From: Lepidodermella squamata
Taxonomy: Eukaryota; Animalia; Gastrotricha
Assembly: GCA_047495785.1 (NCBI GenBank)
Contig: JBLDXI010000058.1
Span: 124,001 to 188,000 of the forward strand
Direction: 5' to 3'
Length of the DNA stretch: 64,000 bases
Numbering within the stretch: position 1 is the first letter of the stretch; the number at the start of each line of letters is the position of its first letter. This document shows, one piece after another, positions 40,225 through 53,241 of this stretch. The position numbers were made by a program, and so were the translations under genes. Under the pieces are notes generated by a model. It worked only from the letters and a program-made list of their open reading frames with translations. It made no database searches and was not told where the DNA came from.

Positions 40225-41846
40225 TTAGTCAGCGATGGTGGCCGCTTCCGGAGGACCGCCAGCGCGAGCACCGACCAGCTTCATCAGAGCATCGGTGTTC
40301 AGCGACTTGGGGCGCTCAATCGGCAGGCCAAGAGCGCGATCCCAGACCAGCGAGGCCAGGACACCCAAGGCACGTGATACACCGAACAACACAGTGTAGT
40401 ACTGCATTTCCTTCATGCCGTAGTACTGGAGGAGAACACCGCTGTGAGCGTCGACGTTCGGCCACGGGTTCTTGATTTTACCAGTGCTCTGGAGAATTGG
40501 CGGGATTACACGGTAGAGCTGAGCGACCAACTTAAACAGCGGGTCGTTCGGCAGGTGCTTTTTAGCGAAGTCCTGCTGGGCAGTGTAGCGCGGGTCGGTC
40601 TTGCGAAGGACGGCATGACCGTAGCCAGGGACAACTTGACCCTTCGACAAGGTTCCCTTGACGAAAGTGGCTAATTGTTCATCGCTTGGGTTCGATCCGA
40701 TTTCCTTGGACAGCTTCATGAGCCACACCAACACTTCTTGGTTGGCGAGACCGTGCAGAGGACCAGCAAGGCCAGCCATGCCAGCGGCGTAAGACAGGTA
40801 CGGATCAGACAGAGCGGAGCCAACCAAGTGGGTAGTGTGGGCACTGACGTTGCCACCCTCGTGGTCGCTGTGAATGGTGAGGTACAGACGCAGCAATTCG
40901 GTGAAGTTAGCGTCACTGTAGCCCAGCATTTCGGCGAAATTGTGAGACCAATCGCGATTGACATCGATCGGAGGTACTTTTGCACCATCACGATAGAGGT
41001 TACGATAGATGATCGATGCAACGGTGGGCAGTTTCGCAATGAGGCTCATCGCATCTTCGTACACATACTAAAGAAAAGTAACTTAGTGATGAACTTCCCG
41101 ATAGTAAGAAAACAAACCTCCCAATACAGGGCCTTTTTCACGCCTTGCTGGTAAGCACGAGCGAATTTGGACTCGCTATTCATAGCAGAGACGGCAGCAA
41201 CTAATTGAGACATCGGATGAACATTGCTTGGCAAGTTATTCAGGAGCGTCACAACATGATTGGGAACCTCAGCGCGAGAGGCCCACTCTTTTGAGAGACC
41301 TCGAACTTGTTCTTTTGTTGGTACTTCGTCGGTGAGGAGAAGCCAAAACAATCCCTCTGGCAAGGGTTCTTGGCCACCCTCAGCTTTGGGCAAAACGTCG
41401 CGCAGCTCGTTGATAGTATGATCACGGAATTCGATACCTTCATCGGGATGGAGAAGAGAGGTTTCCGTAACAAGACCTTTGATACCACGCATGCCTCCGT
41501 ACATCTACAAAAAGCAGCTATTAAAACGAAACAAGGAAATGACAGCGCGTACCATTTCAACCGTAACTTCGCCGACTTTGACATTTCCAAATTCTTTACG
41601 AAACTTGGCAACAACCGGTTGTTCCTTAGTGATTTTGTTGGCCAGGACATCTTTCAAATTCTGCAATATGAGAAAATTATGCGCAATAAAGGAAGACAGA
41701 AAGCAAATTCAATTATTACCGTGTATTGGGTCTTAGTTGCTAGTCTCCGGGAGGCATTCAGGCACATCTGTTAACAATGCAATTAACATAGGATACAGCA
41801 ATGCCATGATCTTACTTGTGCCGGGCCATAAATCTTTGAAGAAAGG
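40225..41846 (-). CDS. CS: Mitochondrial citrate synthase
   Basis: Five coding exons. [46 protein letters not shown]. Confidence 0.95.
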
Positions 41847-42394
41847 GCTGAATATGCTCCTTGCATAATTGTGATTAAAATAAGATGTAGCCTAAGTTCT
41901 GAGAAAAAAAAAATAAAAAATATTTCCAGCTCTCCAAAAAACATAAGCTAGCGTTACGCATTACGAACGATGACTATAAGAAATCAGAACAAAAATGTAA
42001 AATCCATGTAGTGGGCAATCATCAGCGGCTTAAACCGTGAATATATCAACGATAATAAAAGATCTGATTTCAGAAAATTAACAATTGATCAACAAGAATA
42101 TCAACCACATAACGAATGGAGCACGGGAAATTATGCACAAGGCAAAAAAATAGCGGCGAATCTGGAAACCGGCTTAACGTTAGAAGAAAGGCTTGTGTAA
42201 GCCGTTTCAACGCCCATCGCGTCATTGTAACTTGGGAGAATCGCAATCTTTAATCTTTAACATTTGCTTACACCTAGTTCGACGAATTTCTCAGAAAGTT
42301 TAAAGCAGAGCGCACTCTCTCAAACTACGCGGTAAAGACTGAGTTGAGAGGAGGGCGTAGACAGAAGACAACAGACAACAACTGACAAGGGCTT

Positions 42395-42421
42395 CTTTTG
42401 ATTTTGATTTTGATTTTGATT
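42395..42421. repeat. (TTTTGA)4 microsatellite
   Basis: Direct read of the sequence. Confidence 0.85.
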
Positions 42422-43537
42422 GTCATTTCAAGCAAAATCGGAGACCGAGTTCCCTCACTGTACGTGTGTACATCCTCTTACAGCCCTACAGCCTAGAAAC
42501 CCAACAGCTTATGGTACCCTTCATTCATGACAATAAAACTGTGGAAAATTATTCTTGTCGTCGGTAAACATAGAAATAGTAAGAAAAATAACTTGTAATT
42601 TGGTTATTATATAAGTTTCGCGGCCATATTTGAATCTTACCGCGAATTTTTTTCATACGCATGCCGCTCTTTTGCTGGATGCTGACGAGCATTTGTAAAA
42701 CGTGTAGCGTTTAGCTAACACCTACTACGCCGGATTCGGAATTTTCTTGGTTTTTTAGTTCTCTCACATCTGTCATTACTTTAGAAATGCTTCCCATGAT
42801 TAGATCGTAGATTTTCGTTGTGGATTTTTTCCTATTCCGGTGCCAAATGGCGTTTGGCCATCTTAACACGCAGATCGCAGATCGTAATATGAGTCATTTT
42901 GTTTTGGTATTTGTGTTTTCTTGTCGCCATGATCTATAGCTGTTGTGGCCGGTTGCCTCTATTGATAAAAGCAATTTAGATCTCTCTTGATCCACAGTTG
43001 TGTTGATAGAACTCATGCTGAAAGCTGACATCTTGGCATGTTATAACGCCCAGACATTGATGCTTTCTACCTTGTGCATCCATCATGCCACCACTGACTG
43101 ACGTGCATTATAAACCGCCAACTGCTATCTACTAGTACAATTTTTTGTTCGGTTTTTGAGATATAGGTAACCAATGGTTACCAAGGTTACCAATTGTGTC
43201 GTTGTAATATGTGTCAGTGATCAGTGATACTATATTGCTTGGAGCCTTGAACGTGAAGCCTTGAAGTAGAGCTACTAATTCTTTATTTTGTGAAGGCTTA
43301 TGATCTATAATGTGTTTATTTAGTCATTCAAAAGCTTAAGCCCAGAATGAAAGCTCGTTGTAGAGTTGTCGAGTGCATGTAAAGTCGGCAGAAGATAAAT
43401 CAGAGTCGAAGTAGGTGGTTGCTTTTACTTTGGTTACTCTTACCATTTTACCATTACCATGATGCTACCATCTTGTTCTCTAAAATTTGTTCTCTACGAA
43501 CCATTTCTAGTTAATATATTATATAATTTCGATCAAA

Positions 43538-44394
43538 ATGACCAACTTCGGCGATTTGAAGACTATGGATGGCATGCGTTCCCTGAACGAATACCTCGCA
43601 ACACGCAGCTATATTGAGGGGTAAATTTTTGGGTCTTCAACTCACTCGGAACCAGAACTTGTTTGTAATCTCAGATTTTCCCTGAGCGATGCTGATAAGA
43701 AAACCCTCGCCCAACTGAGCTCAGCACCACCAGCTGAGCTCTACCATGCCCTGCGCTGGTACAACCACATCCGCATCCTAACCGGCGGTGCTCCGGCTCC
43801 GGCCGCCGCTGCGAAAGCTGCCGCGCCTGCTGCGGAGGAGGATTTCGAGCTGTTCGGCGACGAGGATGCCCCGGAAGACCCCGAGGCAGCCAAGGTCCGC
43901 GAACAGCGCCTGGCTGACTACGCCGCGAAAAAGGCGAAGAAGCCCGCGCTCATCGCCAAGTCATCTGTCGTCCTCGATGTCAAGCCGTGGGATGACGAAA
44001 CCGGTAAGTCTCTTTTGTAGCCGCAATTGCATAAATACTAATAAATTTTTCTTTCTAGATATCGAGGCCATGGAGAAGGCTGTTCGTTCCATCGAGATGG
44101 ACGGTCTCCTCTGGTAAGAACAATCCACATGTGCATATTGATGTCATTTTTGAGCGTTTTTATGTGTTAGGGGCGCCTCGAAATTCGTTCCCGTCGCCTT
44201 CGGTATCAAGAAGTTGCAAATCGGATGCGTTGTTGAGGACGAGAAGGTTTCGATCGATGCACTCTCTGAGAAAATCGAAAGCTTCGAGGTAACTAATGAT
44301 TTCATCTTACTTTTCGGGGTCGTCAATCAAGTTTTTTCACTCGATACAGGATTACTGTCAAAGCGTCGACGTCGCTGCTTTCAACAAAATTTGA
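43538..44394 (+). CDS. EEF1B2: Translation elongation factor 1-beta, paralogue B (5 exons)
   Basis: Exons 43538-43620, 43675-44003, 44059-44113, 44171-44288, 44350-44394. Same intron positions as paralogue A; intron 2 is only 55 nt. Confidence 0.92.
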
Positions 44395-45760
44395 ATACAT
44401 TAAACTCAAAACGCAAGGAAGAAGCAGATAATGTGAAAGATATAATGTTTATTGTATAATAAAATACTTGAAACGGTATACCAATCAGTTTCGACCTCTT
44501 ATTCATTTGAATGGATAACACCGACTCGTTATTTCGCGTGCTTGATTTATGCTTGGTACATTCGCGACATTTGCTGAACCGGAATTAACTAATTATAATG
44601 GAGGCGTCATAATAGCGGGAAAGTTACAAGCCAACCTTGACGAACAATCAGAGAGAACACAATAATTTAAACTGCTGATGATTGATTGAATGCAGTGAGT
44701 TGATTCTAATAATGAATCATGATTGTGAGCCTACGCATATGATAATCGTCGCCGATAGTATTCAATTTTCCAATATTGCCCCACGCAACGTGCACTTACG
44801 GGTATGGGCAAACATCAGAAGAAATGCCGACATTCAATTGGAGCTTCCGATCCTTCAGCATTTACCAGTCAATACAATCACACGTAATTCACGTAGCTCT
44901 TGTACATGAATTGCATTTTTTACGATTATGAATTTTACGTTTAAATCCACACTAAACCCAGCAGTACTTGACATTCAAGGCAAGCGGATCATTCGGACAT
45001 ACAATGTTTGCTCATTTGCCTTATTGGAATTAGTTTACCAATCCTCGTTTATTCTGAGGGGGCAGACATCGCGTTGGCTACTGTACAGTTTTTGGCCTTT
45101 AATGACGCGCCAGCGGTCGGCACTTTCTCGCCTACGAAAAGCTGTGATAATTGTCGCCTATAAATCATGTTTAATCCTTTTGTCAGCTATTGCCAATGAA
45201 GCAGATAGTAAACTTAATGCTTTACCAGCTTTGAATGACTGTTTAGGACACAGTTGGTTCCTAATTTGAACTGTTTTCGTAGTTAGAAACGGTGTTTCCT
45301 ATTTTTCGTTTCAATTCACCCACCTAAACGATTTAGTTTGGGAATATACAAGTTTATTGCGATCACCGATCAATGACGTCCATGCGGACGAAACGCCCAT
45401 GTTTTGTCGTTCAATGAATATATCCTAAGTTCAAGGGATTTTGCGGCCATTTCGCCTATGATGTACCATAGGTATCGATGAAAAGCTCATGCTAGATTTC
45501 ACTTGGTCATGTAAAAGTCACGTCAGACAGAAGCAATTAACTTTCCCACTCATCAAATTTCGGATTAAATGGCTCCTTCCTGTATTTAAGCCTTATTTTC
45601 CCAGCTCCTGATGTTTTCAATCGCGTTTTAATTATTTATCCTCGAAAGAGATTTAAGACGGTGTATTATTTTTTGTACTTTTTTCTGAATTTCGAACTTT
45701 TTCACGCACCAGTAATATTCAGGTCATATAGTTGTGATAGATTTATTAAAAATTGCTGAA

Positions 45761-46607
45761 ATGCTTCGAAGCTTGCTCGTCAGCTGGATTGGTTTGCTTT
45801 TGATAGTGGCGATTAAAGCAGAGGAGAAGGTGATGTGGGTTAGTTTTAACCTCCACTTACAAAATCGTCATTACATGAGTTTTTGGTCGCCGGTATAGGT
45901 TCACGAGCCCGAGGAGGACGATAGCCAACAGCTGTTGGAAGATGCTGCCGCCTCTTTGAACGATGACATCGAAGTCGCATCTAGGCGACGCCGAGATGCT
46001 AACGATAGGGACAGTGGACTGCAACTGTGTCTTTTGCCATCTGGTCAGCTGACAATCGTTCGAGAAGCCCGAGCGGTCGATACCCCACCAGCTTCTCCAA
46101 CTCATCAAGAGTCAGTAGAAAAAATCGGAATCACGAAACGTGCCAAATTTCTCGACTTTAAAAAGCGAGGTTTGTTACATATTATTCTAAGTTCTGAGAA
46201 TTAGTAAAGATTTCATTTTCACCTTCATAGCCAAGTACATAGACGTTTTCAAGCGAGCCAAGTTTATTGATTTCAACAAACGCGCTAAATTTATCGATTT
46301 TCGAAAGCGCGCCAAGTTTATTGATTTCCGAAAACGTGCCAAGTACATCGACGACCCGGCATTCCTCTTCGAAACTCGAGGCAATAATAATGTGGCTCTT
46401 CGAACTGGCCTTTCCAACTTGCCAGCCTACACTGTCTCGCCTGCTGCGAAATTCCATCTACGTCTTCGCAGTCGGTTATTTGGTTCAACTACGACACCCG
46501 TATCGAAGCGCGGCAACCAGCATAGCTACAGCATGTCGATGATTCAAGGAAATGGCGCCTACGTGAAGTGTATCCAATTGAAACCAGACCAACAACACGC
46601 TGTTTAA
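45761..46607 (+). CDS. Putative neuropeptide/prohormone precursor (238 aa) with AK[F/Y][I/L]D[F/V]x repeats
   Basis: Exons 45761-45829, 45899-46169, 46231-46607 total 717 nt in frame. Signal-peptide-like MLRSLLVSWIGLLLIVAIKA, acidic spacer, RRRR, then tandem KR-delimited heptapeptides. Confidence 0.8.
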
Positions 46608-47360
46608 CTATAAGTTAATCGCGGTATGCTGTATGATTGTCATTGTATCAAATTTCCGCAAAATGTCTGCATGAGAAGTAGTTTTTTTATACACACCTTG
46701 TTATTAGTAATCGTGATTATTTTCACGCATCACCACGATTGATAAATTTTTCGGAGAAGATGCGGCTGCATGCTCGAAAACCATGTTGAAAACGGCTAAT
46801 AAACGTGTTTAGATATGTGTGTGGAATCTTCTTGCGGCTTCGCTGCAATGCGATAATAAAATCAACACGGCGGCAATTACCAAGTGTTAAGTGTTGCATA
46901 AGTTTTAACGCTTGTAGCGCGTTGTGCAATTTTCCGCGCTGGGAATAGCGCGCGCCGCGCTTCAAAGAATATTTGACCCGGGCAACAGCTTATGAAAACA
47001 AGCGTTTCGGGTTTCGCTTGTCGATGATGATGATAAAACAACAAAAACAACGCCTCGAGTAGTCTCGTATTTGATAAGCATCTCAGCAGCCGTTTATTAT
47101 TTTCAACAATTAGTTGCAGAAAAGTAAAATACAGCATTGCTAACATGCAGAATAAATAAAGAAAACGGGCGCAAGTAATTCGACCCCAGCAAATTTTTTC
47201 TCGATGTAGAAATAAGTTGACTATAATATATCTAATGAAATTGCGCTAGCATTGATGGAACTTGGCTGCTACTGCTCACAAAAAGTTACAACAACAACAA
47301 CGCATCAATACTGAGATGACTAGAAATTGGCTGATTGGGTGGTGGAAAAATATGCAATCA

Positions 47361-49282
47361 TCAACAATCGGTGCCGGCGTATGAGGATGCCGAACCGGTG
47401 GCGGTCACCGCGCGCCCGCTCATCGACGACCAGGCTGGTGACGAATCGGTAGGTGATGTAGAGTTGGCAGCGCGTTTTGTTGATCCTGTCGAGCTGCCGC
47501 CGCCGCCGGAATTCGAGCCGGACTCCATGCGCCAAACTGAAAACGCCATGGAAAGGCGCTCATGCGCCAAAACAGCTGTGGAAGCGGACGCTGGAGGCGA
47601 GCTGACGGCCGGCGACAGCGATGAAGAGTCGGCAGAGGGAGCTTCCGAGTCAGCGGTGCGTAAAACTTGGAACAAAAAGTCGATGTAGCGCGTCGCCAAC
47701 TTTAGCGTTTGGATTTTGCTGAGTTTATCACTGAAAAAAAAGCAAAACAGATATTGCAATAATTCTTTACAAATAATTTAACGGCTGAAAATTACCTGGG
47801 AAGTGTTGGAATGATTTTCCGAAGCTGACTGAACGCGTCGTTTAGCGATTGAGTTCTCTGCCGTTCCCTGTGGATGACAACAAAAAAAACGAAATTAAAC
47901 ATATGCGCATTCTGAAAGGTATATCCACCACCATATTCCTACATTATTCTTATAAAAGAAGAGCCTGGCCCTGATGTCTAAATATGTATGCTATATTCTA
48001 TGTTTATATTCACCGATTATTGTCGCCAACTCGCGACGTCGACGTAGCTTGCATTGGGTGCGTGATCGGCGCGGGTACTTTGAATTTCGCTGCTTGAGTA
48101 TTGAATGATTGGTGTTGGTGTTGTTGGAGTTGCTGCGATTGCTGCCGCTGCTGGTGTCTGTGGACATTTTTGGGTGACAGTCATCATCAACATCAAATTG
48201 TCAGACTAATTATAGTAGCATCAGTCGCCTTATTGTGAATTAAAACTCAAATTGTTTGCCCGTGCACAATATATCAGAGCAAAATGAATAGCAACAAAAT
48301 ACAAAATAAGAGAACTCGGGCCAGGCTCTCGAATAGCGTAAAAAATAATGATTTAACCAGCCAAAGTCATGCAAATAATAATAAACAATTCATGCGATTT
48401 CTTAGCATTATTAGTTTTTTTTGAGAAATTCAGTACCAACCTGACATTAGCGAGAACACGTTGCTGACCGCCACCGTCGATCATCAGCGACGACGGCGAC
48501 AAAGCCGTAGATGGCGAAGGGTAAGATGCCAATATCGGTTTGGCTTCTAAAATCGTCTGCTGGCCGAAGGTAGACACGTCATTCGATTGAATAGGCGCCG
48601 ATTTTTTCACGCCACTGGCGGGCGGGCGCGACGCGGCTTGTTTGGCAACTGCTGCAGTGCTGGCATTTGCTGCAGACTTCGGCTGTTGGGCTTTAGCCTT
48701 TTTCGTCCCACCAATGCTTGGCAGGTGCTGATTGCTATCGGTACTAATTGAACCGGTGGCATTGCCGTAAAAAAGCGGCGAAGCGGAATCGGGATTGTTG
48801 TTTGACGACGCGAGCGGCCGTTTCCTGCCCGCCCCCGCACCGGCCCTGCTTGCTTGTCGTCGATTATTAGCAGCCGGCCGTTGTGTTTGCTGCTGCTGCT
48901 GCTGCTGTTGCGGCGCTGGGTGTTGCTGCTGTTGTTGTTGAGCTGTCAGCGCAGGTATAAAATTCGAGCTCTGCTTGACCGAAGCCGGCCACTGAGAATT
49001 GTTGTAAGATGACGATGACTGAAGCGGCGCCATGATGTAGGTCGAATTGCCGTAGTGCTGCGGCATCGGCTGCATGCCGGCGTGAAAGTTGGCGGCATTG
49101 TCGAAAGGAGCCGGGTAGGCGTGAAAAGCTGCCTGTTGCTGGGTGGGGTACATGGGCGTGAAGTGCTGCGCTTGGAACGCGTAGTTGTTGTAGGCTGGCG
49201 TGTTGTACGACGTCGAAGAGGCGTTGCTGGGCTGATGGAGCGGCATCGATGCGATGCTGAGTTGCTGTTCGGCCGTGGCCAT
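47361..49282 (-). CDS. twist: Twist bHLH transcription factor
   Basis: Exons 49282-48441, 47867-47796, 47730-47361 give [51 protein letters not shown] and the WR motif [13 protein letters not shown]. Confidence 0.93.
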
Positions 49283-51405
49283 CACTATCGGGCAAAAAAG
49301 CGATAACAACAAGTGCCTAGAAGCAAAATCAGCAGCACACAATTTTATGAAGCGCTATACACCGCTAGCGAGTTCATCGCGCGCGCTCACAAGGCAAACA
49401 CGGCGAGTCTGGTTCGAATTTCGGTGATTGGATTATTAGGAGTGGAATTATTGGGGGTTCTGCGGAAAGACGCGCCAATTCGAGCATTTAATCTAGCCAT
49501 AAATAAGAATGCAGTGTTATCTCCGGCAACGGCTTCTGGTTGCAGTTAGCGCCAAGACCGTTTTACGAGCCCAACAAACAGGTACCACTAGCGTGATCTC
49601 ATTAGCGCGCGCAGCAGGCCGTGAGGTGCACGGCCAAGCGTGATTTACTATGTAATATAACAACAGTTATCGCCGATGAACCGTTCCCTACACGGAGAAC
49701 GGCCGGCCGTATCGCGAGAGATGATCGCAACTTGTTACATTCCACTGCGCTGCTCTGCGCTGAAAAAACTAGCAATTATACTGGCCAAGCTTGAATGGGA
49801 AATAACGAGAGCGCGAGAGCCAGCGATTGCTGATTGGATGCGCTCGCCAGCCAATCACGGCTTAGCGTACCAGGAGATGATCGCGGAATTATTACACGTT
49901 ATTGCGCGTAATGCGGGCGGCTTTACAGCTAACAACAAGCCAATTACAGACGCATTCCGATTATTCCGAGTCATCTCGTCGGTTGTTTCGGCACTAATGC
50001 GCGAGGATGCTCGCTGGGCGCGGACGGGTCGCGCAAACACGAATTACGCGACGGCGCGTGCCTTTGCGCGAGGCTCACTTTTCGCGTTTTGGCGACCGGC
50101 CGTTAATTGCCGCGCGAGACGATCGTTTAGCCGATATTGACGGTCACTACCGCAGTTAATTTGCTTCAAGTTTAGCCGCCCTTGTACGCTTCCGACTTCA
50201 ATCATCAATTTATTTTAGATATATTGAGGTAATTAATATTGTCATCGTTTCAAGTATCAGCAGTCAAGCAAAAGCGTGATTTTCTTCAGCCGACAAAAAT
50301 GAGCACTTAGCTTAGTTATAGTTAGCATCGGTTGCACTTGAATTTGAAGTTCTTTATTCCCACTGCTTGAGATTTTCAGACAATAATTGCAACAAAATGC
50401 AACGAGATTGACGAGATAACGAATATCTATAGGCATCGTAAGAAATTTCCTTTCATTTCCAGTCATTTTTTTGACGAAAAACAATTGAGAATATGCGAAC
50501 ACCATAGAGAGCGAGAAAAACCTAAAATTACCTAAAATTTGGGAACTACATCCTTAATTATGTCATAATTTCAGTATGTGGACTTCAGCGTGTCCGTAAT
50601 TTTTCCTCGATTCCAATTAGTCAATTCTCAAGAAGGAACATTTTACATCATGGTTATAACCGCCATGGCTCTTCGAATTTTTGTTCCAACCATATGATGA
50701 GTAAAAAAAACTCATTTTTTGCATAGGGCCTGATCATCGAAAGAGCCCCACTAAACGGTGATGCCACATTTTGAAGCCATCTTGGCCCAATGGGCATTTC
50801 GTTTTAATGAACTGGCCTCTGGAAATTATAGAAAATGAGTAGCGGTATTTACGATATTATAGACAAACCTCATAAATGTAACGGCAACGTAAAGTATATT
50901 CGATCTGAAGGCAGCTTGTACATTTTGATACAATTTTACCTCGACTGTGAAAAACGATCGTTTCGATTTTCGCCTTTTTGCGCAGTGTACAAGTTTCAGC
51001 TTCCATGAAAAAGTTCAAGCTTTCAAGTCCCAACATTTCTACTTGCGCGCTGAAGTTTCTTAGTTTTTGAGTGAGCAGTCCGCCGAAGCCAGTTTGCTGT
51101 TGCCAGCCTTATAAAATTCTGTCTGCCAGCAGTAAAGTATTTTACGCCATTTGTGTGATTGGTTCGATTTCAACATTGGCCTGAATAATTCCAACAAGAA
51201 TTTCGTTCACAATAGCAATTTTATTGAAGAAACGACAAAAATATATAGTTGATTATACATAAATGATTAGCAGTTGAAAGAGGAATCGTTTTGTCTGAAT
51301 TCATTAGTCACCGATCACAACAATAATCCACAAATTGCACGTCAACAGCATGAAATAAATTAGCACGGTTGATTCAAGTAACTAGGCACAGCAGAGTATA
51401 TCACA

Positions 51406-53034
51406 TTATTTCGGTACTACAGCTTGGATTTCTCCAAATTTTCCCGAATAGGACCAATCAGGCGACTCTTTTTGCAGACGAGCGGCAACTTCGGGCGTTA
51501 GACCGAAGCCAACTTCGCATTTCAACGTGCGGGCGACACATATGGCAGTGCTTCCGTTGCCGTCACAACCGAACATCTTAAGCAGAGGGGCAATAGCCTG
51601 AACCAATGGAGCGGTCGGGTCCCACTTCAAATCAGCAAACATTTTACGCGCATTGAGATCGCCTTTGAACAGAATCAGGCTTGAAGTTTTCAATTCCGCA
51701 AACAAATCAGGCGCTTTCTCTTCTAATAGCCAATAGTGATAGGGAAGAGTCCAGAATCGGTGAGCTTGAACAAGCAGACGACCGGACAAGAGATTATCTC
51801 GCAGCCTTTTCGCCAGCTCGCTACTTGACGCTATCCCTAATAAAATAAGAAAGGGGATTGGCGTACTTACTGCTACTCGCAGTCTTACCTGATAACCAGT
51901 CAAGCGTGAAATTGAAATCTTCAATCGTTGTGTCAGAAACAAACCACGGAAACGACTTGCAATGTAGGACGATGGGCGAAAATAGGAAATTCCCACTTTC
52001 ATCACGCTGGTGCAGCAACCAGTCCGTAATCAAAAGATCGTTGATCAGTTCGTAGCCCGAGTTATCAAGAACCTGAGACAAATGTATCGAAAATGTGGTC
52101 TCAGTAAAGTTATGGTAGCAAAATTACGATATCAATACGACGAGCGTTTTTATCTCCTCGTTTGCTGAGCCACTTCCAAACAGCGGCTGAATGATCCACG
52201 AGTAACCAAGGTTTCAATTGACGAATTTCCTCGTCCGGTGTAACGTGCGTCGCAGATGCGGCCGACTGGTTTCCACCTGGTTTACAAAAAAACTCTCAGT
52301 ATTAGAGCAGAAAAGTAGCTTATTTGCGAACTCACTCGACAAAGACAAATCGCAACGGTTGCCCCACAGCGATAGTTGCAACAGGATATCGAAATCTTCG
52401 CTCTTCGCCGAGTGCTTCCCGTCATTGAACATGTTATCATGGTACCAACCAATCAACGCGTCCAGCGCCTGTTGCGAGGCAGTCAGATTGTCCAGTTTCG
52501 CCTCGCCAAACGGGTCGATATCAGCCACTAGCGGGTGGATACGGAAAGCCTCGCGAACAGCTCTGTACATGAAGCACTCAACCTCCAACCATGGCGCGGT
52601 AAACCACCTAAAATCACCGAGGTTACTCCCAACTTCAGCCGGGCATGAAATAAACCTACGAGTACTTAGGGTTCACTTGCAGCTTCGATTCGAGCCATTC
52701 GTTCCAGAGATTCACATCAGACGAGCCATCGTCCGAACTAAGCGTCTGTAATGGTTTATCGGTCATCATTTCATAGCGTAGCTGTGACATCTTCGAGATG
52801 GCGCTATTAAGCTGATCAAGGCCCTCTGCACCATGCTTTTCTTTTATTTCAGCATTTCGCCGGTGCAGGGAGTCGATAGTCTTCGTTAAGATTTGAGGCA
52901 TGCGCTCTTTTATCGTTTTGTAGGCGAACGATCTAAATCAATCAATCAAAATAAAAAATATTCGATATTTTGCTTGTAACCTACCCGACAAACTTTCCAG
53001 ACTGAGGTTCCGGGATCGATCCGTTGGACACCAT
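51406..53034 (-). CDS. ARMT1: Damage-control phosphatase ARMT1 (DUF89)
   Basis: Multi-exon. SFAYKTIKERMPQIL, PWLEVECFMY, SLWGNRCDLSL, LDNSGYEL, KSFPWFVSD, FKGDLN, RTLK. Confidence 0.9.
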
Positions 53035-53241
53035 TTCGATGTAATATTTCTATGAAATATGAAATCTTTTAGCGTCTACCGGGATTTACTAGCACGAGTA
53101 TCAAAAAATGTGAGCCATTGTTTGCTAAAATACGGCTATTATGCAGTTCGAATAGAAAACAAAAGAGATTAGCGTGATTATCTCAACAAATTGAGCGCAT
53201 TCACTAATTTCACTATGATCAGTCAAGTCAGTAATTGAGCT

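Noticed and set aside
46182-46457. Minus-strand ORFs and ~27-bp repeats that could be read as a CRISPR-like or satellite array
   Set aside because: They are the antisense shadow of the peptide repeats; no spacers, and variation is largely synonymous in the + frame.
50560-51060. Possible DNA transposon remnants (CATCGAAAGAGC-type words; also near 2075, 45475 and 58400)
   Set aside because: Could not define TIRs or boundaries by eye.
51640-51670. ARMT1 motif GDLNARK instead of the usual GDLNYRK
   Set aside because: Single substitution with the metal-binding Asp/Asn residues retained; not enough to infer changed function.
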